Below, one piece after another: positions 61,942 through 64,000 of a stretch of 64,000 bases of DNA. The notes below the pieces were generated by a model. The model saw nothing but the letters and a program-made list of their open reading frames with translations. It had not been told where the DNA came from and searched no databases. Both the position numbers and the translations under genes were made by a program. Positions within the stretch are counted from its first letter, which is position 1. The number at the start of each line of letters is the position of its first letter. Origin of the DNA: an uncultured Nitrososphaerota archaeon (GTDB lineage: Archaea; Thermoproteota; Nitrososphaeria; Nitrososphaerales; Gagatemarchaeaceae); assembly GCA_963718895.1 (NCBI GenBank), contig CAVRAG010000007.1, positions 288,001 through 352,000 of the forward strand, read 5' to 3'.

Positions 61942-62737
61942 TTCCTCCCGGAGCAGATCCGGGCGCTCGAGACGGGATAGACGTCATCGGGGACATCGCG
62001 ATAGTGAAGCTGAGCGAGGATGCCAGGCCGTACGGCGCCGCTGGTCGGCCAGGCCGATCATGGCGGCGATGAAGAACGTGAAGGGCGTCTTCGACCAGGA
62101 GGGAGGGATCGAGGGCGACTTCCGGCTCGGCAACCTCCGGCACCTCGCGGGGGAGGAGAGGACCATCACCATCCACAGGGAGAACGGGCTCAGGCTCAGG
62201 GTCGACGTCGAGACGTGCTACTTCTCTCCGCGGCTCTCCACCGAGAGGCTAGGATCGCGGACCTCGTCGAGGACGGGGAGGTCGTCCTGAACATGTTCGC
62301 CGGGGTCGGGCCCTACTCGATCACGATCGCCAAGCGAAGAAGGTCGGAGGTCTAGAGCAACGAGCTGAACGAGGCCGCCTTCAGGCTCCACCTGGAGAAC
62401 AACAGGCTGAACAAGGTCGAGGCGCGGTCTGAAGATGCTCAACGTGGACGCGATGACGCTGCCCGAGGACCTCCGGGTCAGGTTCGACAGGATACTGATG
62501 CCCCATCCGTCCCAGTCCGACCGCTTTCTCGGCACCGCGCGGCGGCTTCTCAAGGAGGGCGGCTGGATACACTACTACAGGCACGTCTCCGGTGCAGACG
62601 TCGACGAGGCGCGCACGAACCTTGGGCAGGAGCTCCGGCAAATCCTCGGCGAGAGCGTGACGTTCTCATCCAGGAAGGTGAGGGAGATCGGCCCCCACTA
62701 CATCGAGCTCGTCGCCGACATTCAGGCGACCGTCTGA
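61905..62737 (+). CDS. Trm5/Taw2-family tRNA methyltransferase (indels and one in-frame TAG)
   Basis: [41 protein letters not shown]. Confidence 0.85.
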
Positions 62738-63300
62738 AGCGCCGAACGTGCGGCGTGTGCCAGGAGCTTCGCAAGCCTCACCGGTTCTGGGACGCCGCCC
62801 TGGAGCGTGAACGACTCGATCACCCTTCTGGCGTCGGGCTCGGAGATCGAGGTCAGCCGTGCGTAGACGCTCTTTCCGGTCCCCAGCTGCATGCGGGTAC
62901 GATCTCCGAGCATCCTGTATCGTCGGACCTTGCCCTCGGGGTCCTCGAACTGCGCTCGGATCGAATCCTCGATTCCGGCTGATTCCCTGTAGGTGAGACA
63001 TATGACCGGCCGACCCGTCTTCTCCGACAAGGCGTCGAGGTCCACTATGTTGTAGTGGCTGATTATGCAGCCCGAGAGCATTACCACGTTCACGTCCTCT
63101 CTACCGAGGCTCCGGTGCATCCCGATGAGCGAGGAGGTCGCGTCGTCCCCTCCCACCCTCGCCCTCCCGAAACAGATGCCGTCCACGACGAGGTCGGACC
63201 TCATCACCACGCCGCCCAGCACGGAGAACGAGTCGCCCCTGCGGAAGCTCTCCGAGATGCCCAGGACCCTTATCGCCCGCTTGTTCGGGTGGACCCTCAT
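62722..63300 (-). CDS. DUF99 / endonuclease V-like protein
   Basis: RVLGISESF, VGGDDAT, YNIVDL, GVPEPVRLA. Confidence 0.85.
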   Translation of the reverse strand: MRVHPNKRAIRVLGISESFRRGDSFSVLGGVVMRSDLVVDGICFGRARVGGDDATSSLIGMHRSLGREDVNVVMLSGCIISHYNIVDLDALSEKTGRPVICLTYRESAGIEDSIRAQFEDPEGKVRRYRMLGDRTRMQLGTGKSVYARLTSISEPDARRVIESFTLQGGVPEPVRLAKLLAHAARSALQTVA

Positions 63301-63386
63301 GGGTGTCGTTTCCGGAGCCTCGCTTAATACTCTTGGCGATGCTCCTGCACGCCGACCGGACTAGGACCCGGGCAAACTAGTCGAAA

Positions 63387-63452
63387 GGAGGCTCAGACAA
63401 ATGCCTTCTCTTCATACAGAAATTTTCGTAACTCTGATTCATCACTGCCCCC
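63387..63452 (-). ncRNA. Box C/D methylation guide sRNA, probably targeting 23S rRNA
   Basis: GGGGGC-A-GTGATGA(C)-ATCAGAGTTACG-AAAATTTCTGT-ATGAAGA(C')-GAAGGCATTTGT-CTGA(D)-GCCTCC; terminal stem; TTTATA box about 24 nt upstream. Confidence 0.82.
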
Positions 63453-63544
63453 AAGTCCCACGGGCCGTCTTGGAGTATAAAGAGGTATTCGGGCCGTGCG
63501 CCAAGAAGCGGCTCGGTTTTGCGTCCCCGGACCGCGAAGGCCCC

Positions 63545-64000
63545 TCAGATGATGACCAGCCCCTCGTCGAATCGGCTGACGGCGAGGGCGAAGTCCCTGA
63601 GCGCGAAGACGGGAACGATCGGCACCCCCTGCACCTGCTTGACCGGAGAAGCTAGAAGCGTCAGGACGACGGGCAGGACCGGTGACCTGATTTTGGCCTT
63701 CCTCTTGTATCGCGCGGTCCGCTCGGTCTGGCTGGAGGCGACCCGCTCGAGGGTCGGACCAGAGAAGGTCTTTGCCCAGTGCTTGCAGTCGACGGAGAGG
63801 GCGAGCGTCTGCGATTCGGCGAAGATGTCTATCTGTCTCCGGGGTTTCGTGATGACTATGTTGGTCCTCACGAGGTAGCCGCAGGCCCTGAGCACTCCGG
63901 CACAGAAGCCTTCGAACTCCCGCCAGGTGAGGGAGGAGCTCACGGACTCGATGCTCATGCCGCCCCGGATGAGGACGATGGCGGCGAGGACCTGATCGTG
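63545..64000 (-). CDS. PD-(D/E)xK restriction endonuclease-like (Mrr_cat-like) protein, 5' partial
   Basis: LTWREFEGFCA...GY, QIDIFA, SVDCKHW. Confidence 0.75.
   Translation of the reverse strand, partial: HDQVLAAIVLIRGGMSIESVSSSLTWREFEGFCAGVLRACGYLVRTNIVITKPRRQIDIFAESQTLALSVDCKHWAKTFSGPTLERVASSQTERTARYKRKAKIRSPVLPVVLTLLASPVKQVQGVPIVPVFALRDFALAVSRFDEGLVII

Noticed and set aside
62353-62355. In-frame TAG in the Trm5-like gene (possible recoding or pyrrolysine)
   Set aside because: It sits where Tyr is expected (VYSNELN) in the most error-rich region, no pyl genes are seen, and TAG is used as a normal stop elsewhere.
1460-62737. Many frameshifts that could suggest programmed frameshifting or pseudogenes
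   Set aside because: They hit essential genes (lysS, cdc48, ABCE1), share no slippery motif, and become denser towards 53-62.5 kb. This fits low-coverage long-read errors; read mapping would confirm.

Overview
GC-rich archaeal chromosomal DNA. It is probably from a non-ammonia-oxidising Nitrososphaerota (Thaumarchaeota)-like lineage; this is an inference from gene content (class I LysRS, CDC48, ABCE1, Cgi121, Trm5, TrpB2, A1-U72 tRNA-Gln, TATA-box promoters with many leaderless TTG/GTG starts). The window holds about 70 mostly housekeeping genes for tRNA modification, gluconeogenesis, amino-acid and peptide metabolism and proteostasis, plus an accessory stretch of surface and membrane genes after tRNA-Gln (about 23.3-33.9 kb). 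Many genes are split by single-base indels, most densely at 53-62.5 kb and including essential genes, so these are read as long-read or low-coverage assembly errors. No integrase, transposase or CRISPR array was seen. The best signals lie outside the ORF track: (1) a dual-guide box C/D sRNA whose guides match adjacent 23S rRNA sites (H69 and H70/71); (2) a tRNA-Arg(CCG) with a 14-nt BHB intron in the variable loop (45/46); (3) tandem HSR1/Phr-like operators on a shared promoter between hsp20-cdc48 and a divergent HTH regulator; (4) an aSelBL-like factor directly behind cysK; (5) several microproteins and an HExxH/2xCxxC membrane protein reconstructed across indels. Family assignments come from motif recognition; no database search was run.
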